From Candidatus Enterousia sp. (GTDB lineage: Bacteria; Pseudomonadota; Alphaproteobacteria; Rs-D84), in the NCBI GenBank assembly GCA_045654485.1, contig JAZONN010000023.1:103342-167341 (forward strand): DNA of 64,000 bases, read 5' to 3'. Under the pieces are notes generated by a model. That model saw only the letters and a list, made by a program, of their open reading frames with translations. It was not told the origin of the DNA and searched no databases. Positions within the stretch are counted from its first letter, which is position 1, and every line of letters begins with the position of its first letter. Position numbers and translations under genes: made by a program. Shown here piece by piece: positions 53,581 through 60,968 of this stretch.

Positions 53581-55287
53581 ATGAACGTCTATAATTTTAT
53601 TTCAGATAATATAAAGACCGCTATACAGAAAATTGATGACGTGGCGGCCGTCTTAACGCCGGAAATTTTGAACTCAATTGCGGTAGAGGTGCCAAAAATC
53701 CGTGATTTTGGGGACTATTCAACCAATGTGGCGATGATGTTGGTGCGCGTAATGAAGCGTGCCCCACGTGAAATTGCAGATATGATTGTGCCGGCTTTGG
53801 AAAATATGCCGTTTGTCGAGTCCGCAAACGTGGCGGGTCCGGGGTTCATTAATATCAAATTAAAGGATGAATTTCTGTTGAATCCCGAACGTTTTATGGA
53901 TGGGTATAAATCCGATGTGACGCCTTTGGTGATTGATATGGATTACGGCAGTTATAATATCGGAAAAAATTTGCATATAGGCCATTTGCGCACGACGGTT
54001 GTGGGTGATACTTTTAATCGTATTGCGCGTTTCTTGGGACATAAAACCAAGTCCTATAACCATATGGGGGATTGGGGACGCCCAATGGGATTGATTATTG
54101 CATGGGTGTTAAAGCACGGTATGCCACAAAATGCAGATGATATTAATGCGATGTATCCTGCATCTACGGCATTGGCCAAAGAAGATAAAGATTGGTTGGA
54201 ATATGCCCAGAAAATAACCGTAGAATTACAAAGCGGTAATCCAGAATACAATGAAATTTATAACGCTTTTGCACCAATGTCTTTGGAACAGATTTCCAAG
54301 ATTTTAAAGCGTTTGAATATTTTGCCATTTGATGAAAACAAAGGTGAACGCTTGGTCGCAGAATATGTGCCAGATGTTCAAAAGATTTTAGAAGAAAAAA
54401 ATCTGTTGGTGCATGATGCAGGGGCCGATATTATACCGGTAAAGTTGGAATCTGATACTGCGCCTATGCCACCGGTTTTGTGGCGGTCCAGTACCGGTGC
54501 ACAAACATATGCGGCGGCGGATTTGGCGGCGATTTATTATCGTACGAAAACAGATAATCCAAATGATATCGTTTATTTCACAGACAGTCGTCAGAATTTG
54601 CACTTTACCCAAGTGTTCCGTGCCGCAAAAATGGCGGGTATGGATTCTGCCAATTTACAGCATATCGGATTTGGATCGATAACTGGTCCAGATGGCAAAC
54701 CGTTCAAAACACGTGACGGCAGTGTCCCAAGTTTGGATGATATGGTTGATATGGTGGCCGATAATGTGCGCAGTCGTGCAAACGAATCGGGTAAAACTTT
54801 GTCGGATGAAACGGTGGAAATGATTGCTTTGGCGGCATTAAAGTTTAACGATTTGATGCATGATGTGAAATCGGATTATGTGTTTGATCCGGAATCTGTT
54901 ACCCAATTCGAAGGACGTACGGGGCCATATATCCTGTATACGGCGGTGCGTTTGAATGCGGTTTCAAAAAAAGCGGCCGCAATGAACGTTGTGCCGGAAT
55001 ACAATGGGGCGACTTTGGAAAGTGCGGAACGTAATTTGTTGTTGCGTTTGTTGGACTTTGGTCGTGTGACGGAAAATGCGTTCGCACGTCGTGCAACGGA
55101 TTTGTTGGCAAATTATACCTATGATTTGGCCCAAGATATTAATACGTTCTATCATCATTGTCCGATATTGCGTGATGATGTGCCGGCGGATGTTAAAAAA
55201 TCCCGTATGTTCATTGTGAATATGGCACGGGATACTCTGTTGCAGGCAATTGATTTAATGGGGTTGCGTGTGCCGACAGAAATGTAG
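53581..55287 (+). CDS. argS: arginine--tRNA ligase
   Basis: ORF from GTG 53560; ATG 53581 (MNVYNFISDNIKTAI) has the only RBS. HIGH motif NLHIGHLRT. The protein ends in ...M, as is typical of ArgRS. Confidence 0.93.
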   Translation: MNVYNFISDNIKTAIQKIDDVAAVLTPEILNSIAVEVPKIRDFGDYSTNVAMMLVRVMKRAPREIADMIVPALENMPFVESANVAGPGFINIKLKDEFLLNPERFMDGYKSDVTPLVIDMDYGSYNIGKNLHIGHLRTTVVGDTFNRIARFLGHKTKSYNHMGDWGRPMGLIIAWVLKHGMPQNADDINAMYPASTALAKEDKDWLEYAQKITVELQSGNPEYNEIYNAFAPMSLEQISKILKRLNILPFDENKGERLVAEYVPDVQKILEEKNLLVHDAGADIIPVKLESDTAPMPPVLWRSSTGAQTYAAADLAAIYYRTKTDNPNDIVYFTDSRQNLHFTQVFRAAKMAGMDSANLQHIGFGSITGPDGKPFKTRDGSVPSLDDMVDMVADNVRSRANESGKTLSDETVEMIALAALKFNDLMHDVKSDYVFDPESVTQFEGRTGPYILYTAVRLNAVSKKAAAMNVVPEYNGATLESAERNLLLRLLDFGRVTENAFARRATDLLANYTYDLAQDINTFYHHCPILRDDVPADVKKSRMFIVNMARDTLLQAIDLMGLRVPTEM

Positions 55288-55337
55288 GTTGTTATGTAGA
55301 CCTTGGGCGGGTGCCGAATGTGCGCCCGCTTTTTTAT

Positions 55338-55366
55338 TTGGTGGGTATTTGTTTGTGTGATATAAT
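55338..55366 (+). promoter_or_regulatory. candidate promoter placing the transcription start at or next to ATG 55375 (possible leaderless mRNA)
   Basis: TTGGTG (55338-43), 17-nt spacer, TATAAT (55361-66). There is no SD before the ATG. Confidence 0.3.
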
Positions 55367-55374
55367 ATATTGAT

Positions 55375-56283
55375 ATGAATGTGCGCAGTTTATTTTTATC
55401 GTTTTTTATTTCTTGCGCTGGGGCATATGGTGCGTATGCGGATGTTTTAGCAGATGCACAAAGTGCGTTGGATGTTGTGCGTGTGGCTTGTTCGGGATTG
55501 GCCGATGAAATTTCACATGTGTCTGGTGTGGCCAAGGTGGCTATGGCGACAAATGCCGTTGGGGCGGTTGCTGGTGCAGCAGCTGTTGGGGTTGGGGCTG
55601 CCAAGGTGAACGATGATAAAGCGCAATTGCAAAAAATGGTTTCAATAAGCTGTAGCTTCGAGGAAGTTTATGAATATGACATAGAAGAAGTTACACAGTT
55701 AATTGGTCAAATTGGGGATTTATATACAGAACGTTCAAAGCGATTGGGCAATTGGCGTACGGGATTGATGATTGGTGCGGGGGGGACGCATATTGCATCT
55801 GCTGTTTTGGCGGGCATAAATGTAAATCAGACCGAATTGGCGCAACATGTGACGGCATGTAATAATGCGGTAAATCAATTAAATATTGTACGTAAACAAA
55901 TGGTCGATGATGGAATAAACCCATTTGCCAATCCGATTCGTGGAAAGGTTGAAAATATAATCGATAGATGTAATGGAATTAATGTTGCGGATGTTGAAAA
56001 AATAGAACGTCGAGAAAAGGTTGTGGTTGGAACGTCGGCCACGGGGGCGGCGGTTGCAATTGCTGGTGCGGTGACAAGTGCGTCTGCGAATTCAGATAAA
56101 ATGCGTAGGGCGGTTGATGTGGATGGTCAAAAGAAATTTAATCAATTGAATGTGGCGTCGAATGCGTTGGCGGGGGTATCGGGTGTTGGATCTGTGGTGT
56201 CAACGGCGTTTAATGCGTCTTTGTTAAAGTTGACCCGACAAATGATACGAAACGCACAAGAGTGTGAGGGGGCATTAGAATAA
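55375..56283 (+). CDS. secreted protein with four Gly/Ala-rich zipper-like hydrophobic segments
   Basis: 302 aa with signal peptide MNVRSLFLSFFISCAGAYGAYA. Segments are ATNAVGAVAGAAAVGVGAA, LMIGAGGTHIASAVLAG, GTSATGAAVAIAGAVTSA and ALAGVSGVGSVVSTA. Confidence 0.6.
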   Translation: MNVRSLFLSFFISCAGAYGAYADVLADAQSALDVVRVACSGLADEISHVSGVAKVAMATNAVGAVAGAAAVGVGAAKVNDDKAQLQKMVSISCSFEEVYEYDIEEVTQLIGQIGDLYTERSKRLGNWRTGLMIGAGGTHIASAVLAGINVNQTELAQHVTACNNAVNQLNIVRKQMVDDGINPFANPIRGKVENIIDRCNGINVADVEKIERREKVVVGTSATGAAVAIAGAVTSASANSDKMRRAVDVDGQKKFNQLNVASNALAGVSGVGSVVSTAFNASLLKLTRQMIRNAQECEGALE

Positions 56284-57230
56284 TGTTTCGATATGGCTTG
56301 TTTGTTTTGTGTGTAATATTGATGCCGATAATGGCGGTGGGCAATGCGGATAATCGTGGGGTTTTAGATGTAAATAAATATGGCGACGTGCCACATAGAT
56401 ATGTTTTGAAAATGATGAATAATGGTCGTGTAACATGTACCGCTAATTTAGTGGATGAAAAAATTGTTACCGCAAAACATTGTTTGAATGATTTTAAGAG
56501 TTTACAAGGTAACTGTGCTGGCGACAATACGCTTTATACATTTCAGACATTAGATGGCTCGGAAATTAAGGCAACGGTTACTAGTTGTGGTGGCTATGAT
56601 AATACGCGTGACACTCTTTCTGGTGATTGGGCGGTTTTGGTTCCAGAGCATACGTCTGGGCTTCAATTTGCGGATGGGTGTAAAGCAAATGACGGCGTAG
56701 TTGATTACGACGAAGGTATTATGACGGGGTATGGAAAATTAAAGGTTCTGAAAGATGAAGATGTGACCGGATTTGTTCATTCTTACCTAAGGTTTTTATT
56801 TGATGCACAAATGGGGTTCCCCGTGGGGACGTCAAAAGATGCCGATGTGGACGAATTGGCCAAACGTGTTTATGCATTGGATAAAGGTGTTCGGGATGTG
56901 CGGAGTGAAGGAACAAACTGTTCTAGGGATTTTTTAAATAGTGCATCGTATTATGGTATCAATGTTGATGAATGGTTTGATGATAGTAACCCAAAGACAC
57001 GTGAGTGTGGGGCTGGTAGTTGTAATGATACTATGTGCAAATTAGATTGTAATGCGTGGCAGGGCGATTCGGGGGCGGGTTTTTGGAAGTAACTTGATGA
57101 TGGTAAATATTGCTTTGGCGGTGTGTTGTCACAGGCGGCAGATGATATTGGGGGGGGTAATAGTGTTGCTAGGGGTTCTGTGTATATTGTTCTTTATAGA
57201 GTTTTTCAAGATAATAAGATTGGGGAATAA
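56283..57230 (+). pseudogene. trypsin-like serine protease, paralogue 4, with an in-frame TAA at 57090-57092 just after the catalytic Ser motif
   Basis: EKIVTAKHCL, GDWAVLV, WQGDSGAG. After the TAA the same frame continues LDDGKYCFGGVLSQAADDIGGGNSVARGSVYIVLYRVFQDNKIGE-stop, which aligns with paralogues 1-3. TAATG overlap with the upstream gene. Confidence 0.65.
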
Positions 57231-57280
57231 TCCAATGCTTGAAATTTAGTTTTTTTTGGTGTATTATATACGTCGCATGT

Positions 57281-57357
57281 GCGCCCTTAGCTCAGCTGGA
57301 TAGAGCATCAGATTTCTAATCTGCAGGTCACAGGTTCGAATCCTGTAGGGCGTGCCA
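57281..57357 (+). tRNA. tRNA-Arg, anticodon TCT (CCA encoded)
   Basis: GCGCCCT-TA-GCTC AGCTGGATA GAGC-A-TCAGA[TTTCTAA]TCTGC-AGGTC-ACAGG TTCGAAT CCTGT-AGGGCGT-G-CCA. Confidence 0.9.
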
Positions 57358-57484
57358 AAAATTCAACCGTCGCGAAAGCGGCGGATTAATTTTTGATGCA
57401 AGCACTTGGATGAGAACCGTAAAAGGTTCGGAGCGTTAGTTGGTGAAAACGAGTTTTAACGAAGTTTGAACCATACGTAGCGAA

Positions 57485-57575
57485 AGGGGCCCATAGAGCA
57501 TCAGCGAATATGGGAATATACAATCCTGTAGGGCGTGCCAAAAATTCAACCGTCGCGAAAGCGGCGTTTTTGTTT
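57485..57575 (+). pseudogene. degenerate duplicate of tRNA-Arg(TCT) with a perfect 45-nt copy of its 3' end plus terminator stem
   Basis: GGGGCCCATAGAGCATCAG...AATCCTGTAGGGCGTGCCAAAAATTCAACCGTCGCGAAAGCGGCG followed by TTTTTGTTTTTTTT. Positions 57522-57566 are identical to 57339-57383. Confidence 0.8.
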
Positions 57576-57649
57576 TTTTTAGGTGCTTGAAAATATTTTG
57601 GCTATATGATACTGTTGTGACTGAAAAAAATATTACAGGGGATATAGAT

Positions 57650-58147
57650 ATGGCAAAGGGAAAGGGAACAAATTCTCAATCTTTTGGTTCGGTGTTGGGT
57701 GTGTTTATGGCAACGGCGGCGGTTGTCGTTTTGGGAATCGTTGTTTTGGCCGGATTGTCGGCGCAACAGGTTGAATTGGCCTGTAACGATGTGTCGGCCG
57801 CCGAAGCCCAAGGTTTATTAAATCAAGCGTTTCCGAATTTTAATGGTGCGTTGCGATTGAAAAATCCGGAATTGGTGGAACAGACCGAAACAACCGTTCG
57901 TTGTCGGGTCGATTCGAATATTCATCAGACGTTTTACTATAATTTGGAATTACAGGATGATGGCAGTATCTTAATTTTGGCCAATCCGATTGCAGATGCC
58001 ATAGAAGAGGCGGCACAAGAATTTCAAGACGAATTAGAAAAAGTAGAGAAAGAGTGGCAGGCCGAATCCGACAGGTTGGACCAAGAGTGGCAGGCGGAAA
58101 TGCAAGAACTGCAACGTGAAATGGATGCGGAAATGGCAAATTGGTAA
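57650..58147 (+). CDS. membrane-anchored coiled-coil protein
   Basis: ATG 57650 inside ORF 57587..58147. TM VLGVFMATAAVVVLGIVVLAGL and a repetitive tail EWQAESDRLDQEWQAEMQELQREMDAEM. Confidence 0.55.
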   Translation: MAKGKGTNSQSFGSVLGVFMATAAVVVLGIVVLAGLSAQQVELACNDVSAAEAQGLLNQAFPNFNGALRLKNPELVEQTETTVRCRVDSNIHQTFYYNLELQDDGSILILANPIADAIEEAAQEFQDELEKVEKEWQAESDRLDQEWQAEMQELQREMDAEMANW

Positions 58148-58245
58148 TGTTGGGCGTCAATGTGTGACGCCTTTTTTTTAGTAATATGTTCCTGTGTCGA
58201 TATGTGTGGCGTCGTGATATAGTAATTGGCATAAGGAGTTTTGTT

Positions 58246-58719
58246 ATGAAAAAATTTTTTAAATTTTTGTTGGCAATATTTATTTCATTTGTCCCCGGTA
58301 TGATTGGCGTATTGTTCACCCCCAGTCACAGTAATGACCAATGGTACAATGCATTAAATAATTCGGTATTAACACCGGATGGTTGGGTTTTTGGTGTGGC
58401 GTGGACGATTTTATATACGTTGTTGGGTATTGCGTTGTTCTTGGTTATGAATAATGAAAAAACACGTCGCAGCAAAGCCACGGCATATGTCTTGTTCGCC
58501 ACCCAGATGGGATTAAATGCGTTGTGGACATATTTGTTCTTTGGTTTGCATTTTGTTGGTGGGGCATTGTTGACTTTGGTTGCATTGATTGCGGTGTCGA
58601 TATGGATGGCATCCGAATTTCGGGTGTTTAATCGTTGGGCGTCCCGTTTGGTGTGGCCATATATTGCATGGTTGCTGTTCGCAATGTATTTAAATGTAAC
58701 GATTTTGTGGTTGAATTAA
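58246..58719 (+). CDS. tspO: tryptophan-rich sensory protein TspO/MBR
   Basis: ATG 58246 with AAGGAG upstream. Five TM segments. The Trp-rich motifs ...VFGVAWTILYTLLG... and ...WTYLFFG... are typical of the family. Confidence 0.85.
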   Translation: MKKFFKFLLAIFISFVPGMIGVLFTPSHSNDQWYNALNNSVLTPDGWVFGVAWTILYTLLGIALFLVMNNEKTRRSKATAYVLFATQMGLNALWTYLFFGLHFVGGALLTLVALIAVSIWMASEFRVFNRWASRLVWPYIAWLLFAMYLNVTILWLN

Positions 58720-58742
58720 AAAAAAATCCCCCGATTGGGGGA

Positions 58743-59078
58743 TTATATTTTTAGGATTTTGGTGCCCGGGGCGCCAATGTTTAAGTATTTAAGCCCCAAT
58801 TCTTCAACGTAATCAGGACTGTAATTTTGTAATAATTCAATATGCTGATTGATTTTGTTTAATGTGTCTTGTTCTGCGGCCAAGTGTTCTTCGGATTGAT
58901 TCAGACGCCATATGTTCATGGTAAAGCGTTGTATGCTAACATCGCCCCAAAACATCCCAATAAACATAAATGCGGCAAATGCTGCAAAAACAATGCCCAG
59001 TTTCCCACGTGCACCACCGGCCCAAGCACGGCCCAGAAATGCAAATAAATTTTTGATTTTTCCTTTCATAGGTGTCAT
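58743..59078 (-). CDS. ftsB: cell-division protein FtsB/DivIC family
   Basis: 111 aa with a single TM, a coiled coil, and ...SPDYVEELGLKYLNIGAPGTKILKI. Confidence 0.7.
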   Translation of the reverse strand: MTPMKGKIKNLFAFLGRAWAGGARGKLGIVFAAFAAFMFIGMFWGDVSIQRFTMNIWRLNQSEEHLAAEQDTLNKINQHIELLQNYSPDYVEELGLKYLNIGAPGTKILKI

Positions 59079-59088
59079 TATATCATAA

Positions 59089-60000
59089 ATGTTTAGTGAT
59101 AATCAAATTTTTGCTGCACCTTTGGCCGGAATAACTGATCGGCCATTTCGTCGCATAATGCGTGAATTTTCACCAAACGCACCGTTGGTAACAGAAATGA
59201 TTTCGTGTCATTCTTTGGTTGGGGCGCATAAAAATTGTTTGCGTAATTTTGATAACTATGCGGATGAAGGTAATGTTGGGGCCCAGATTTTTGGTGCAGA
59301 TGTTTCTTTGATGGCGGATGCAGCGCGTATTTTGGCGGATTCGGGGGCAAAGTGGATTGATATTAATATGGGATGCCCTGTGCCAAAGGTGGCAACCCGT
59401 GCCGGTGCTGGTGCGCATTTGATGCGTGATCATATCTTGGCGGGGAAAATAATGGATGCGGTTGTGCGGGCGGTTGATATTCCGGTGTCGATAAAAACAC
59501 GTCTGGGGTGGGATGATGCGCATCGTGATTGGCCAGATTTGATAAAAATTGCCGCCGATTGCGGTGTGCGATTTGCGACTTTGCATGGGCGAACACGGGC
59601 CCAGTTATATGTTGGGCCGGCCGAAATGCCGGTAATAGAAAATGCACCGATTCCTATCATCGCAAATGGCGATATTAAAACGTCGGATGATGTTTTGCGG
59701 GTCGGGGCGTTGGGATATAGTGGCGCTATGGTTGGGCGTGGTTTATTGGGGCGTCCGTGGGTATTGGCGGAAATTTGTACCGGTATTGTGCCACAAAATA
59801 TAGGTGAAATTGTGTTGCGGCATTTAGAATATGCGGTGGAGTATTATGGTGAAAATACCGCTGTGCCTATGTTCAGAAAACATGCCGCATGGTACAGTGC
59901 CGGTATGCCAAATTCATCCGAATTTCGTATTCGGGTAAATCAAATTACAGATGTTAATCTGTTAAAGGTTGCAATTCGTGAATTTTGGGGTATTATTTAA
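59089..60000 (+). CDS. dusB: tRNA-dihydrouridine synthase
   Basis: 303 aa. APLAGITDRPFRRI, DINMGCP, and a HGRTRAQ-type motif. Confidence 0.85.
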   Translation: MFSDNQIFAAPLAGITDRPFRRIMREFSPNAPLVTEMISCHSLVGAHKNCLRNFDNYADEGNVGAQIFGADVSLMADAARILADSGAKWIDINMGCPVPKVATRAGAGAHLMRDHILAGKIMDAVVRAVDIPVSIKTRLGWDDAHRDWPDLIKIAADCGVRFATLHGRTRAQLYVGPAEMPVIENAPIPIIANGDIKTSDDVLRVGALGYSGAMVGRGLLGRPWVLAEICTGIVPQNIGEIVLRHLEYAVEYYGENTAVPMFRKHAAWYSAGMPNSSEFRIRVNQITDVNLLKVAIREFWGII

Positions 60001-60028
60001 CGAAAAGTAAAGCAGGGGATTGAAAATT

Positions 60029-60895
60029 ATGAACGAAAATATCGAAAATACAGAAGAAGTTGTTTCCGCACCGGTCGAATTGACGGCGGGTGAAATGTTG
60101 CGTAATGCACGTACGACCGGGCGTCGTAAACGTGAAATTCCAACAATCGCAAAACAATTATGTATTCGTGAAGAATTTTTAGAAGCATTGGAAAGTTGTA
60201 ACTATACCGCAATACCAGAATTGGTTTATGTGTTGGGGTTTGCACGTAATTATGCGATGGAATTGGGACTGAATCCTGATGAAATTGTTACAAAGATAAA
60301 GAAAGAAATGGGGGTGCTTGGGGATTGTGCGGTTGATGATGATGATGTGTCTGCGTGTGCAATGCCAAGTATCAAAGAAGAAAGTTGGGCGAAATTGTGC
60401 TTTGTCAAAGCGTATCAGTTTGTATATCAAAACTGGCAATGGTTCTTGGGCGGATTGTTGTTAATTGCAGTTGTTATGGCAATTATTTTCTGGCCCAAAT
60501 CAGAAGTTGTAGATGTTAAGGTTGATACACAGGTTGTGCCGGTTGTGGAAACAAGTACGGAACCACAATATAGATTAGAGGTTCGTGAACGTTTTGGTAC
60601 AAGTAATCGTGCCAAAGCAGAAGTTGTTGTTCAGGCAAATGCCGATACGGGGGATGCAGGATCTTGGATAGAGGTTAAAGATGCACGTGGCCGCACGGAA
60701 ATTAGTCGTGTTTTGATGCCAGGTGACGTTTATTATGTTCCTGTTGGTGACGGGTACAAGGCGACATTTGGAAATGCGGGTGGTGTCGATATTTGGGTTA
60801 ATGGCAAATTGGCTCCGTCTGTTGGGGCCGTACACACAAAAAAATCAGGGGTAATATTGACGCCGGATGTCCTTATGGGAAAGAAAGATAAATAA
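60029..60895 (+). CDS. rodZ: cytoskeleton protein RodZ-like (HTH, TM, DUF4115-type C-terminus)
   Basis: ORF from TTG 60020; ATG 60029. GEMLRNAR...IAKQLCIREEFLEALE, a central TM, and C-terminal ...WIEVKDARGRTEISRVLMPGDVYYV. Confidence 0.7.
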   Translation: MNENIENTEEVVSAPVELTAGEMLRNARTTGRRKREIPTIAKQLCIREEFLEALESCNYTAIPELVYVLGFARNYAMELGLNPDEIVTKIKKEMGVLGDCAVDDDDVSACAMPSIKEESWAKLCFVKAYQFVYQNWQWFLGGLLLIAVVMAIIFWPKSEVVDVKVDTQVVPVVETSTEPQYRLEVRERFGTSNRAKAEVVVQANADTGDAGSWIEVKDARGRTEISRVLMPGDVYYVPVGDGYKATFGNAGGVDIWVNGKLAPSVGAVHTKKSGVILTPDVLMGKKDK

Positions 60896-60903
60896 AAAGT
60901 AAA

Positions 60904-60932
60904 GGGGCGAAAGGAATTTTCGCCCTTTGTAT
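60904..60932 (+). terminator. intrinsic terminator
   Basis: GGGCGAAA-GGAA-TTTCGCCC followed by TTTGTATT. Confidence 0.55.
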
Positions 60933-60968
60933 TGAAATATCTTGTTTTCAATCTATATATGTAAAGCA

